Positions 53,120 to 62,979 are shown, numbered from the stretch's first letter. The stretch is DNA of 64,000 nucleotides from Candidatus Doudnabacteria bacterium (GCA_041644975.1 JBAZQX010000006.1:9761-73760); one strand, 5' to 3'. The notes: generated by a model not told the origin, from the sequence alone. A program made the numbers and translations.

Positions 53120-53287
53120 AGCCGACTGTCGGATTTGAACCGACGACCTACTGTTTACCCCCCACCTTTCCGCCAAGAGCCAGCGGTCGGATTTGAACCG
53201 ACGACCTACTGTTTACAAAACAGTTGCTCTGCCACTGAGCTACGCTGGCGGAAAGGTGGGGGGCTCTACCACTCAGGCTACCTCGGC
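53120..53287 (-). pseudogene. broken outer tRNA-Thr enclosing a palindrome and an intact tRNA
   Basis: 5' part 53287-53263 and 3' part 53158-53120. Confidence 0.7.
53178..53249 (-). tRNA. tRNA-Thr(UGU)
   Basis: Complete cloverleaf, ACTGT-TTTGTAA-ACAGT. Confidence 0.93.
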
Positions 53288-53381
53288 AAAAGGGAATAAT
53301 GAATCAGGAATTATGAATGAGGAAAATTATGAATAAAAAAAATAATTCATTATTCTCCAATTACCAATTACAGATTACTGA

Positions 53382-54335
53382 TTACTGATTGCCTTTAATT
53401 TTCCTCTGTTTCTCTAAAAGCTCAAGATATTGATAATTACCCGGATATGCTTTCACCAGTTCTTCATAAGTTCTCACTGTCTTATCAATATTGTTCTGAT
53501 TGCGATACATCTTGCCTAGTTCTAAGTAAAAATACTCTTTGGCGCGGTTATTTTTAATCGCCCGGCGATAAATTTTTTCCGCCTCCTTCATCTTGCCTTC
53601 TCCGGTATAAGCCAACCCCAATTTTCTGTAAATATCAACTTCATCCGCTCTCCTTTTCAAGGCTTCTCGAAAAGAAGATTCGGCATCGCGGAAATTTCCC
53701 TGCTCAAAATAAAGAGTGCCCAATATTTTGTAAACTTGGGCATTTTTAGGACTCTTGCGAATGACGGAAAAACAAATCTTTTCTGCCGCTTTGAAGTGTT
53801 TTATTTTAACAGCATTTTGAGCATCGGTCAACAACTCTTCCAAACTTAATTCTTTTCGCTCTTCCCGCTCTAAAGGCGCGGAAGGAATTTCCACTTTGAC
53901 CTCTCTGGCTTTGAACCCTTGGGACATAAATGGTTTCGGCCTTCTTAACCCCCGCGCTTCTTGCTCGTCATCTGCCCGCATCAATGTTTCTTCCCGCTGA
54001 ATTTTTTCATTTTGACGCGGCATCTTTTGCCTATTTTCCCTTCTCGCCTCAATTAGTCCCTTGATTCCACCTCCCAAGGCTTTCAGTCCCCTCCCGCATA
54101 AAACCAAAATCTTTTCCCCCGCTCTTCCGCCCTTCCGAGCAATGGATAAAATAAAATACCCTATACGAGGCAGACCCGCTTTTAAAACCGCTAAAATTGT
54201 TTTTCTATTCTTTCTTGACTCTGATACCGCATCTATTTTTAATTCTCGGACCTCGGGCAACTTCCGACCTAAAATCACAATAATACCCGCCAGCGCTAAA
54301 ACAATTACGAATTGAGGAATTATCTCGTAAGTCAT
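53382..54335 (-). CDS. membrane-anchored TPR protein
   Basis: N-terminal TM; C-terminal TPR-like repeats. Confidence 0.8.
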   Translation of the reverse strand: MTYEIIPQFVIVLALAGIIVILGRKLPEVRELKIDAVSESRKNRKTILAVLKAGLPRIGYFILSIARKGGRAGEKILVLCGRGLKALGGGIKGLIEARRENRQKMPRQNEKIQREETLMRADDEQEARGLRRPKPFMSQGFKAREVKVEIPSAPLEREERKELSLEELLTDAQNAVKIKHFKAAEKICFSVIRKSPKNAQVYKILGTLYFEQGNFRDAESSFREALKRRADEVDIYRKLGLAYTGEGKMKEAEKIYRRAIKNNRAKEYFYLELGKMYRNQNNIDKTVRTYEELVKAYPGNYQYLELLEKQRKIKGNQ

Positions 54336-54497
54336 TATTGTATAATGGTTTAAAGTGAAGGTCCTTAAAGAATGGAATTTGGATTTTAATTTTGCCGCCG
54401 CGCCCGCTTTTTGGAGCCCTTCTCCAGCCCCTCGCGAGGGGCTGGATTCGCGAAGAAGGGCTCCATTTCACCCTAGATAAACCTCTCTTAGGGGCGG

Positions 54498-55319
54498 TCA
54501 TTTCCTTGCGCAAGCCCTGTTAGTGAGATTCTCTACTACAGGGCAAGGGATCTCAATTTCTGTCCCGTCCTGATTCAACTTAACTTTAATTTTCTGCGCC
54601 AAAAGGTTGCGACTGACAACTATCCCCTTGCCTTGAGGAGTATTAACCACTTCATTAATTTCTGGCATCTGACGAGCCAGTTCTTCATACATATCCGCTT
54701 CGTAAGAAAGACAGCACTTTAAACGTCCACACAGTCCGGAATTTTTTTCACTGCCCTTATGGGTCATCTCTTGCATTCTAGCCATATCCGTGGTGACGCT
54801 TTTCAATTCCTCCAAGAAACGGCTGCAACAGATTTCGCGACCGCACATCCCATAACCACCCACTACTTTCGCGCCATCTCTGGAGCCAACTTGCTGCAAG
54901 CGAATTGATTTCTGGAAATGATGCGTCAAATCCTTCAAAAGATTGCGAAAATCAATCCGTCCCTCCGCCGTAAAAGCAAAAGTAATACGGCTGCCATCCA
55001 AAGCAAAATGGACATCCACTAGTTTCATCGTGAGTTTATATTCTTTGATTTTCTCTTGAAAAATTTTGACCGCCTCATCCTTCTTGGCTTCATAATATTT
55101 AATCTTTTCCAGATCGGTATTGACCGCTTTTCTTAAAACCGGCTTCAAGGCCGCCACCGATTTTTCCTCCGCGCTCTCTCTTACATAAAGCACTCTCCCC
55201 AACTCCAACCCCTGTTCTGTTTCCACAATCACAGCATCATTTTCTCTTAAATTCAAATCCCGCGGATTGAATTCCTCCGGCACCCCCCAAGATTTAATTT
55301 TGACATTTACCACCTGCAT
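54498..55319 (-). CDS. PSP1-domain RicT/YaaT family protein
   Basis: RIDFRNL, GMCGREICC, SGLCGRLKCCL.YE. Confidence 0.9.
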   Translation of the reverse strand: MQVVNVKIKSWGVPEEFNPRDLNLRENDAVIVETEQGLELGRVLYVRESAEEKSVAALKPVLRKAVNTDLEKIKYYEAKKDEAVKIFQEKIKEYKLTMKLVDVHFALDGSRITFAFTAEGRIDFRNLLKDLTHHFQKSIRLQQVGSRDGAKVVGGYGMCGREICCSRFLEELKSVTTDMARMQEMTHKGSEKNSGLCGRLKCCLSYEADMYEELARQMPEINEVVNTPQGKGIVVSRNLLAQKIKVKLNQDGTEIEIPCPVVENLTNRACARK

Positions 55320-55335
55320 ATTCTAAGGAAAAGAT

Positions 55336-55923
55336 TTAGATTTCAAATTTGATAAACTCCCCCACCTCAATCTTCTCGCCTAACTTCAATATTTTTTCCT
55401 GCACCAATGCTTGAATACTCATCTCTGGGTTCTGAAAAAATGGTTGCGCAAGAAGAGAAATCCCTTCCTGATATTTCTTTAATTTTCCTGCCACAATCTT
55501 CTCTTTGACCTGCCGCGGTTTCTTTTCCATTTTAAGCTCTCCTAAAATGATTTCCTTTTCTTCTTTGATTTTTTCCGCGGGGATGTCTTCTGGATGAACA
55601 TAAAGCGCGCCCGCGGCCAAAACCTGCATTGCCAAGAGATGAGCTAACTCTTGAAATTCCTTATTTCGCGCCACAAAATCACTCTCGCAATAGACCTTGA
55701 TGAGAGAAGCTACCTTGCCATTATTGTGGACATAACAGCCAATCACGCCTTCATGCGCGGTCCGATTTCCTTTCTGCCTCGCAATCTTCTGTCCTTTTTT
55801 CCTTAATATTTTTTCTGCCTCCTTTAAATCGCCATCCGCCTCGCAAAGCGCTTTTTTGCAATCCATCATTCCCGCACCCGTCATTTCCCTTAATTTTTGA
55901 ATAGAAATGATTGCTATTTTCAT
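55336..55923 (-). CDS. tsf: elongation factor Ts (short form)
   Basis: LREMTGAGMMDCKKAL, ESDFVA. Confidence 0.96.
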   Translation of the reverse strand: MKIAIISIQKLREMTGAGMMDCKKALCEADGDLKEAEKILRKKGQKIARQKGNRTAHEGVIGCYVHNNGKVASLIKVYCESDFVARNKEFQELAHLLAMQVLAAGALYVHPEDIPAEKIKEEKEIILGELKMEKKPRQVKEKIVAGKLKKYQEGISLLAQPFFQNPEMSIQALVQEKILKLGEKIEVGEFIKFEI

Positions 55924-55935
55924 TTTTTAATTTAT

Positions 55936-56643
55936 TCAAGAAGGTTTTATGGTTTTTAAATTTTTTTGAACCTCGGTAATAGCCTCGCCTACCTTTGCAC
56001 AGACAACTTCAATCCCCCGAATAGCGTCATCATTGCCAGGAATGGGATAATCAATAAGTTCGGGGTTGCCGTTAGTATCCACTAAAGCAATAATAGGCAC
56101 TTTCTTTCTCCGCGCTTCAAGCACCGCGTTCTTTTCCCTCACCACATCAATAATGAAAATCGCTTGAGGAAATCCGTTCAAGGTTTTTAGCCCCCCAACC
56201 ATTTCCGTGAGTTTCTTTTTTTCTCGAGCAAGGGCTAAACATTCTTTTTTTGTATATTTTTTCCATTCCCCTTCTTTCTCTTCTTCTTCCAGCTTTTTTA
56301 GCCTCTCTACCTTTTGATGAATAACATCAAAATTGGTAAAAGTGCCTCCCAACCATCTTTTTACCACATACGGCATTCGCGTTTTGAGGGCTGTTTCTCG
56401 GATAATCTCTTGGGCTTGTTTTTTACTGCCTAAAAATAAAATTTGACCCCCGCGAGAGACTATTTCCTGAACAAAATGTAAAACCTCTCCCAACTTTTCT
56501 TGCGTCTTCTGTAAATCAATAATTGAAATTCCATTCCGCACGGTAAAAATATAAGGCTCCATCTTGGGATGCCTTTTAGACTTTTGATGACCAAAATGCA
56601 ATCCCGCTTCCAGCATTTTAACAATTAAGTTTTCATTCTCCAT
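55936..56643 (-). CDS. rpsB: 30S ribosomal protein S2
   Basis: AGLHFGH, RWLGGTFTN, IPGNDDA. Confidence 0.98.
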   Translation of the reverse strand: MENENLIVKMLEAGLHFGHQKSKRHPKMEPYIFTVRNGISIIDLQKTQEKLGEVLHFVQEIVSRGGQILFLGSKKQAQEIIRETALKTRMPYVVKRWLGGTFTNFDVIHQKVERLKKLEEEEKEGEWKKYTKKECLALAREKKKLTEMVGGLKTLNGFPQAIFIIDVVREKNAVLEARRKKVPIIALVDTNGNPELIDYPIPGNDDAIRGIEVVCAKVGEAITEVQKNLKTIKPS

Positions 56644-57068
56644 AAATAATTTCCAAAAATATAAATTAACCCTTCACTAAAGTTCAGGCCGTTCAGGCTC
56701 TGAAGAGCCTTCAGGCTCGAAGAGATGCCAAATAAATCCGAAACATTAAGAGACTCCGCATCTCCTATTTTTCACAAAGTATTATATTTAAAGTTTCAAA
56801 TTGCTGTTTAAGCCCTCCTTCTCGCCTTTCAGGAACTCAAGGGGTTCCCCAGAGCCAATTATAAGCGAGGTTTGAAGGATGTCGCTCGCGAACGACTATC
56901 CTGAAATTGGCTATTCGGTCGAAATGAAAATTCCATTTTTATTCCTGCCTTCTAGAGCCAATTATAAGCAGAGCTTGAAATTCTTGTTCGGTCTAAATGA
57001 AAGTTGACTTTCATTTATTCCTCACTGCGAATTATAGCATATAAAAAAATTTAATCAAGGGGAGCAAA

Positions 57069-57223
57069 CCCCATTAAAGAACTTCATTCTTTAACGGTTT
57101 TCGCTGACACCGTTAGATGTTTACTATCTAACGGGGTCAGCATCTATATTTTTCCACCATCGACTTTGTCGACGTGTCCCGTTACAAATTCATTTGTAAC
57201 GGGATGAACTTTCTCTAACGGGG
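57069..57223. mobile_element. CCCCGTTAGA element with nested copies
   Basis: CAAA/TAAA flanks; body similar to the truD and 63703 copies. Confidence 0.75.
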
Positions 57224-57324
57224 TAAAAAAACCGTTTGGAAAACTTTGGAGAGGTTATAAAAGCCGAGAAATCTTGCTTAAATTCATTTTTTATATTATA
57301 TTAATCTCATAGTAATTAACTTCT

Positions 57325-57585
57325 ATGAAAGAAAAAATTCACCCTCAATACGGCAAATCAATTGTGGCTTGTTCCTGTGGCAATACTTTTGAAACTGGCT
57401 CCGTGGTTCCAGAAATTCACGTGGAGATCTGTTCGGCGTGCCATCCATTTTACACAGGGAAAAAGAAACTCGTGGACGAAGCGGGAAGGGTGGAACGTTT
57501 TGAGAAAATCATGGCTAAAACGAAAAACATCAAAAAAATGAAAAAAACAAAAAAGGTAAAAAAAGGCGGAAAAGGTAAAAGATAA
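57325..57585 (+). CDS. rpmE: 50S ribosomal protein L31
   Basis: [25 protein letters not shown]. Confidence 0.97.
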   Translation: MKEKIHPQYGKSIVACSCGNTFETGSVVPEIHVEICSACHPFYTGKKKLVDEAGRVERFEKIMAKTKNIKKMKKTKKVKKGGKGKR

Positions 57586-57598
57586 ATATTTGTTTTGA

Positions 57599-57699
57599 CC
57601 CCGTTAGAAACATGCCCCGCAGCTAGGCTAGCGGTTAATGTAGAAATATAGATAACTCGTGCGGTTGGGTTTCATGCCCCGCGCGAGTTTCTAACGGGG
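57599..57699. mobile_element. CCCCGTTAGA element with a different interior
   Basis: TTGA duplicated at both ends. Confidence 0.8.
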
Positions 57700-57722
57700 T
57701 TGACTAAATTTGGCTGTGAATA

Positions 57723-57797
57723 GTAGGGGCGGACCAGTGTGTCCGCCCGATTTCGAGTTAACACAGATCGCGGGTTGACACATGGGTCAACCCCTAC
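57723..57797. repeat. GTAG-type REP doublet (REPIN-like)
   Basis: GTAGGGGCGGAC...GTCCGCCC and inverted GGGTTGAC...GTCAACCCCTAC. Confidence 0.7.
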
Positions 57798-57809
57798 AAT
57801 TTCATCTTT

Positions 57810-58919
57810 ATGAAGCAAGAAATTAAAAAAATTCAAAAGGAATATGAAACGATCTTGAGCGCGCTTTCCGAGCCTGCTGCTATTTCTGATCCAGCGAAGC
57901 GAGCTTCCCTTAGTAAAAGAGGCGCTAGGCTTCAAACCATACTCGCGGAGTATGAAAATTACAAAAAAATTCAGAAAGAGATTAGAGAAACTGGAACCTT
58001 GCTTGTTGATCCCGAACTTAAAAAGGAAGCGGAGCAAGAATTGCAAAATTTAAAAAGTAAAGAGACGCAGATCAGGCAGAGTTTGGAGGAAAAATTAAAT
58101 CCCCCAAATCCCAATGACGTCAAAGATGTAATTATGGAAATCCGCGCCGGCGCCGGCGGCGATGAAGCCGGACTTTTCGCCGCCGATCTTTTTCGGATGT
58201 ATTCACGTTATGCTGAACAACGCGGATGGGAGATAAATCTTCTTAATTCCAGCCGCACAGGCATCGGCGGCTTTAAAGAGATTATCTTTGAGGTGAACGG
58301 CAGCGATGTTTTCAGCCACTTAAAATACGAAAGCGGAGTGCATCGCGTCCAACGCATACCGGAAACCGAAAAGTCGGGGCGTATCCACACCTCCACGGCT
58401 TCCGTCGCGGTTCTGCCTCAAGCCGAGGAAGTGGAAATCAAAATCAAACCGGAAAATTTACGCATTGACGTTTACCGTTCTTCCGGACCCGGCGGCCAAA
58501 GCGTAAACACCACCGATTCCGCTGTCCGCATCACCCACCTGCCCACCGGCTTGGTTGTTTCCTGCCAAGATCAAAAATCACAACTTAAAAACAAAGAAAA
58601 AGCGCTTCAGGTTCTCCGCTCTCGCTTGCTCGTTCAAAGGCAAGAAGAAGAAGCAAAAGCGCAAGGCAAGGCAAGACGTGCTCAAATTGGCGGGGCTAAA
58701 CGCGCTGAAAAAATTCGCACCTATAATTTTCCCCAAGACCGCGTCACAGATCACCGGATCAAAAAAAGTTGGCACGGTATAGAAAAAATTTTAAATGGGG
58801 AATTGGATGATATTGTTAAAACGACAAAAAAAAGTATTGAAACTAAGGGCATAAATATAATTCGTCGTTGCGAGGAGGCCGCCCCAAAGCGGCCGACGAA
58901 GCCCGCCCGCCTCGCCTGA
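57810..58919 (+). CDS. prfA: peptide chain release factor 1
   Basis: GVHRVQRIPET, GGQ, IRTYNFPQ. Confidence 0.97.
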   Translation: MKQEIKKIQKEYETILSALSEPAAISDPAKRASLSKRGARLQTILAEYENYKKIQKEIRETGTLLVDPELKKEAEQELQNLKSKETQIRQSLEEKLNPPNPNDVKDVIMEIRAGAGGDEAGLFAADLFRMYSRYAEQRGWEINLLNSSRTGIGGFKEIIFEVNGSDVFSHLKYESGVHRVQRIPETEKSGRIHTSTASVAVLPQAEEVEIKIKPENLRIDVYRSSGPGGQSVNTTDSAVRITHLPTGLVVSCQDQKSQLKNKEKALQVLRSRLLVQRQEEEAKAQGKARRAQIGGAKRAEKIRTYNFPQDRVTDHRIKKSWHGIEKILNGELDDIVKTTKKSIETKGINIIRRCEEAAPKRPTKPARLA

Positions 58920-59059
58920 AGCGAAGCGATGGCGGGCAGGCAATCTCATAAAATTAGATAATTTTGGGATGACAAGTTTTTTCTTTTTTAGGAGATTGCC
59001 GCATCGCTTCGGCTCCGTTTCTACTCGCGCCTCGCTCCTCGCAATGACGACGTACGCTA

Positions 59060-60235
59060 ATGACCATCTCCCAAGCCTTATCCCAAGCCATGAAAAAACT
59101 CAAATTGAGCAAAATTCCCTCCGCCCCTTTAGACGCGGAGATTTTATTATCTTCTGTTTTAAGGAAAAAACGAGAATATCTGCTTGCGCACCCAGGGGAC
59201 GCCATAACTCTCAGCCAAAGCCAAAAATACCAAGCCTTAATCTCGCGCCGCGTTAAAGGTGAACCCGCGGCTTATCTCACGCATCACAAAGAATTTTACG
59301 GTCTGGATTTTTATGTCAATAAAAATACTCTCATCCCGCGGCCGGAGTCAGAATTAATCATTGAGGAGGTCAAAAAAATTGCAGCATCACCAATCATTAT
59401 TGACGTAGGCACAGGATCGGGGTGTCTCGCGATTACCTTGGCGTACAGCATACCGCAAGCTGCTGTCTACGCCACTGACCTTTCGCCAAAAGCGCTTTCT
59501 ATCGCCCGAAGAAACGCCCGCTTACATAAGATAAACCCCGTTAGAGAACCTCGTTCTCTAACCCAGTCTAGAAATTTATTTCTAACGGGGCTAAAATCGG
59601 CGGGTTTCTCTAACGGGATAAAAATCAAATTCCTGCGAGGCAATCTCCTTTCGCCCTTGCCGTCTTGCGTTTGGCAGCTGCCAAGCAAAAAAATTATTAT
59701 CGCCAATCTCCCCTATCTTTCAGAAAAATACCGCAAAGATATTCGCGACACGAGCTTAAGATATGAACCGCGAGAAGCTCTTTGGGGCGGCAAAGACGGT
59801 TTAAAATATTACCGGCAATTATTTCAACAAATTTCCAAAATTATACAATCTCGCGCAATAGACCTCACTATTTTAATTGAAATTAATCCGGAACAAACAA
59901 TTAGAATAAAAAAGGTAATTAAACAATATCTTCCCTGCGCGGAAATAAAAATAAAAAAAGACCTCGCGGGTCTTAATCGTATTGCAGTTATTCAAATGGA
60001 CAGGCGAAAGCCTGCTAAAATGAGGTCATGCTGCGAGAGCGCGACACAGGTAAGTGTCAGACTTTCGCCCTTACAGGACCTTCGGCCTGACCTCCAAAAT
60101 AACACACTTTCCGCCTGCGTCCGCAAAAGGCGGACTGCGGCGAGACGAGGTCGTGTGTTACTCCAAAAATTGCTCCCACCCCCTCTTGTCTCCCCCTGTT
60201 TGTCTTCTCTTCAGAGTCTGAACGACCTGAACTAG
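59060..60235 (+). CDS. prmC: release factor glutamine methyltransferase with a 29-aa insert and long C-terminal extension
   Basis: LIPRPESE, DVGTGSG, ANLPY, EP..AL.GG.DGL. Confidence 0.92.
   Translation: MTISQALSQAMKKLKLSKIPSAPLDAEILLSSVLRKKREYLLAHPGDAITLSQSQKYQALISRRVKGEPAAYLTHHKEFYGLDFYVNKNTLIPRPESELIIEEVKKIAASPIIIDVGTGSGCLAITLAYSIPQAAVYATDLSPKALSIARRNARLHKINPVREPRSLTQSRNLFLTGLKSAGFSNGIKIKFLRGNLLSPLPSCVWQLPSKKIIIANLPYLSEKYRKDIRDTSLRYEPREALWGGKDGLKYYRQLFQQISKIIQSRAIDLTILIEINPEQTIRIKKVIKQYLPCAEIKIKKDLAGLNRIAVIQMDRRKPAKMRSCCESATQVSVRLSPLQDLRPDLQNNTLSACVRKRRTAARRGRVLLQKLLPPPLVSPCLSSLQSLNDLN
59536..59618. mobile_element. CCCCGTTAGA element inside prmC
   Basis: TAAA duplication; 83+4=87 bp, in frame. 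Confidence 0.88.
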
Positions 60236-60237
60236 TT

Positions 60238-60522
60238 TCAGGATCTAACCTTTCTTGCCCTGTAGTCCGCCTTAGGCGGACAGGGCTTGCTTTCCAATAA
60301 TTTTTGTTTTTTATATTTAAAAACCAACCTTTTGTATTCGGCAAGCCGCTTTTCGGCCTTAAAAACCTTTGTCTGCAACAAAACAAAGCTTTTCCCGCTC
60401 CCCTTGCCCTTCTTAAATAAATCTATTTTTTTTCTAATCTCCTTGAGCTCTCCTTCAAAACTGGCAAGCTTTGCTAAAAGCACTGTCCGCTTAATCTTCG
60501 TCTTTTTATTTTTCTCGGGCAT
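60238..60522 (-). CDS. Lys-rich hypothetical protein
   Basis: 94 aa ORF; C-terminus includes a GTCCGCCTTAGGCGGAC palindrome. Confidence 0.5.
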   Translation of the reverse strand: MPEKNKKTKIKRTVLLAKLASFEGELKEIRKKIDLFKKGKGSGKSFVLLQTKVFKAEKRLAEYKRLVFKYKKQKLLESKPCPPKADYRARKVRS

Positions 60523-60559
60523 AGAGCATTAGAATATAAAATCAAAATAATAAAGGGGG

Positions 60560-60961
60560 TTATTTTATTTTTAAAAAGGTTTGGCATTCTCTTATGTCCT
60601 TTCGCATTGCCCCAAACTGATTTTCTAAAATAAAAAACTTCTCTTTGTCTAATTTCTTCTCTTTTAATTCTCTGATATCCTCTTTGATTCCCATAATCTC
60701 ATCTTCAATGCGGGAAAGATACTGCAAAATAGATTTAAAATTATCCCGCATCTCTTGTTCTAGACCATCTATTCTCTGGCTTAAATTTTTCCCCAAACCA
60801 TCCATTTTTTGATCCAGACCATCCATTCTTTGATTTAAGCCCGTCTGACCCTCTGCTAAAATTTTAATATTATCATTCACATTTTCCAATAATACAGCAA
60901 CATCGCTCTCCTTAAAAATTTTTTCTTGCTTCTTAGGTATTTTTTTTAATTTTTGAATCAT
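60560..60961 (-). CDS. coiled-coil hypothetical protein
   Basis: Heptad repeats MDGLDQK; VAVLLE motif. Confidence 0.65.
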   Translation of the reverse strand: MIQKLKKIPKKQEKIFKESDVAVLLENVNDNIKILAEGQTGLNQRMDGLDQKMDGLGKNLSQRIDGLEQEMRDNFKSILQYLSRIEDEIMGIKEDIRELKEKKLDKEKFFILENQFGAMRKDIRECQTFLKIK

Positions 60962-61198
60962 AATTTTCAAACCTCTACTTTTAGTATACCATTTCCAATT
61001 TTTTAAGTTAAATGTTATCCACAATCTGTGCTTTAAAAAGGAATCTCGGCTCTGTCATCTCTTCAGAGTCTGAAGACTCTTCGGAGTCTGAACGACCTGA
61101 ATTTATTTCAGGATCTCCTCTTTAAACATGAAGATGCTGAACCAAGTTCAGCAAGACATTTTGAGCAGGGGGAGTAAGTTTTGTAATTCAAGGTATTA

Positions 61199-62317
61199 TT
61201 AGTAATTTACCGTCTTTTCCGGCGGGACTACTTCCACCCATGTTGTGCCGGGGTTAAATTCTATTTCTTTTCCTTCACCATCATAAAACCGTGTTCGCTC
61301 TTGCCGCGAGCCCTTTTTCCAAATTCCTTGGATTACTTCGCCATCGCGGAAGATGAGAGCCTTATTCCCGCCGATCGTGTGCATACCGAGCCGTCCTTTG
61401 ATATCACCAGGATCTTTTAATTTAGCCACCATATATTGCACAACGACATTTTTCGCCGCAATCTCCGCGCCGGAATTTTTGTCTATATGCTTGAAGCCGC
61501 CATTATAACGCAAATATTGATTATTTTCGCGGTCATACTTCCAAACCACTTGATAGCTGGAAGTGGAAAAGGGAATCACAATGTCAGGGACTTCTGCTCC
61601 CCGGCCATCACGCTCTTTCTCTTTTTTGAAAAGCCAAGGTTGAAAACTGCCTTTCTCCTCCCAACCTTTGGATCGTACAGCTTCTCGCAAAGATTCTATC
61701 TTAGTAAAAAGATTATGAGGAGCGAGAGCGCCAGAGGCGCGCCAGAAGAAATTACCATTATACATTTGATTTAATTCCTTCATCCCGTATTCCCGGCCGA
61801 GTCTTAAGGCGTAAGGATCTCCCCCGCAATATACATAGGCCGCGTTAAGCTCGCTTGCCCAATCCAGATAATAAACCCGCGCGCTCCGCACTGGTCCGAT
61901 TTCAGGGATATCTCCGTTAGCGGTAAAAAAGGCTAAAAAGCGGGTAATCCCGCCTTCGGCGAGCGCTTCATAAACTAAGTTGGCTTGAGAAAGTCCAGAT
62001 TGAGGCCTGACCGTTACCAAATTTTCAATCATCACCCCCAAAGGCAGCCTGTTTACTTCCTCTTCTTCAACCGGCATTCCGTCAATGAGGCGAATCCCTT
62101 TAGGTAAAACGTAATTTTGATTTTGTCGCGCGTCTTTCTGATTTAACTCACTCTCTCCCTCTCCTCCTCGCGCCTTGGGCGCAAGTCCCCGAATGTAAAA
62201 AATACCCAAGAAAATAACCACTACCAATAAAAAACCAGCCGCGCCAAAAATAATTTGGTGCTTGCGGCTGGTTTTTAATAAAATAAGGAATTGATGAAAA
62301 AAATTTTTGATATGCAT
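61199..62317 (-). CDS. DUF3048 family membrane-anchored protein
   Basis: RPQSGLSQA.LVYE..AEGGITRF, IGPVRSAR, APHNL. Confidence 0.88.
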   Translation of the reverse strand: MHIKNFFHQFLILLKTSRKHQIIFGAAGFLLVVVIFLGIFYIRGLAPKARGGEGESELNQKDARQNQNYVLPKGIRLIDGMPVEEEEVNRLPLGVMIENLVTVRPQSGLSQANLVYEALAEGGITRFLAFFTANGDIPEIGPVRSARVYYLDWASELNAAYVYCGGDPYALRLGREYGMKELNQMYNGNFFWRASGALAPHNLFTKIESLREAVRSKGWEEKGSFQPWLFKKEKERDGRGAEVPDIVIPFSTSSYQVVWKYDRENNQYLRYNGGFKHIDKNSGAEIAAKNVVVQYMVAKLKDPGDIKGRLGMHTIGGNKALIFRDGEVIQGIWKKGSRQERTRFYDGEGKEIEFNPGTTWVEVVPPEKTVNY

Positions 62318-62332
62318 ATAAAGCTAAAAATA

Positions 62333-62923
62333 CTATTGTTCAAATCCTCCAGTTACCCAATCAAACTCACTTTGCCAATTACGCCCAGAACAACTCCAGC
62401 CGGGGCTATTCGGATGGGGATTACCGCTTGTCTCTATATCTACTACTCCTAAAACATAAAAGGCTCCTCGGGAAGCATCACAACCATAACTCCCAGCAGG
62501 ATAACGGTAATAGCGATAATTCCCACAATTATAATTATTGGTCGGATCTCTCACCTCTTGGCTTAATAATCCTGCCGTTCTTAAAGGAGAAATAAAATCA
62601 CCATCTCCGGGAGTGTCCCAACCACCACAACCCTGATAGTCTGAACTAGGATATAACCCGTATTGATCATAATACAGCGCCAGGGCAGTTATCAACTGTT
62701 TCATTGCCGCTAATCTTTGGGTATCTCGCGCTTTTTTTCGGGCATTATTCACAGACACAGTCACGATTGTTGCCAAAAGACCGATGATCGCAATTACCAC
62801 CAAAAGCTCAATTAGAGTAAACCCCGTTAAATGCCGCTTCACGGCAATTTTGCCAAAAGCAAAATTATTTAATGGGGTAAAAGCCATTGAGTGAACAGCG
62901 CGTTTTTTATTTTTGCAAAACAT
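62333..62923 (-). CDS. type IV pilin/pseudopilin
   Basis: [18 protein letters not shown]...ARKKARD. Confidence 0.92.
   Translation of the reverse strand: MFCKNKKRAVHSMAFTPLNNFAFGKIAVKRHLTGFTLIELLVVIAIIGLLATIVTVSVNNARKKARDTQRLAAMKQLITALALYYDQYGLYPSSDYQGCGGWDTPGDGDFISPLRTAGLLSQEVRDPTNNYNCGNYRYYRYPAGSYGCDASRGAFYVLGVVDIETSGNPHPNSPGWSCSGRNWQSEFDWVTGGFEQ
62822..62877. mobile_element. CCCCGTTA element in the prepilin leader
   Basis: TAAA duplication; 56+4=60 bp, in frame. Confidence 0.82.
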
Positions 62924-62979
62924 AGTCTTCTTGAACTAAAGGATGTTATTTGCGAATGACATCCCTGAAATTTGTATTT

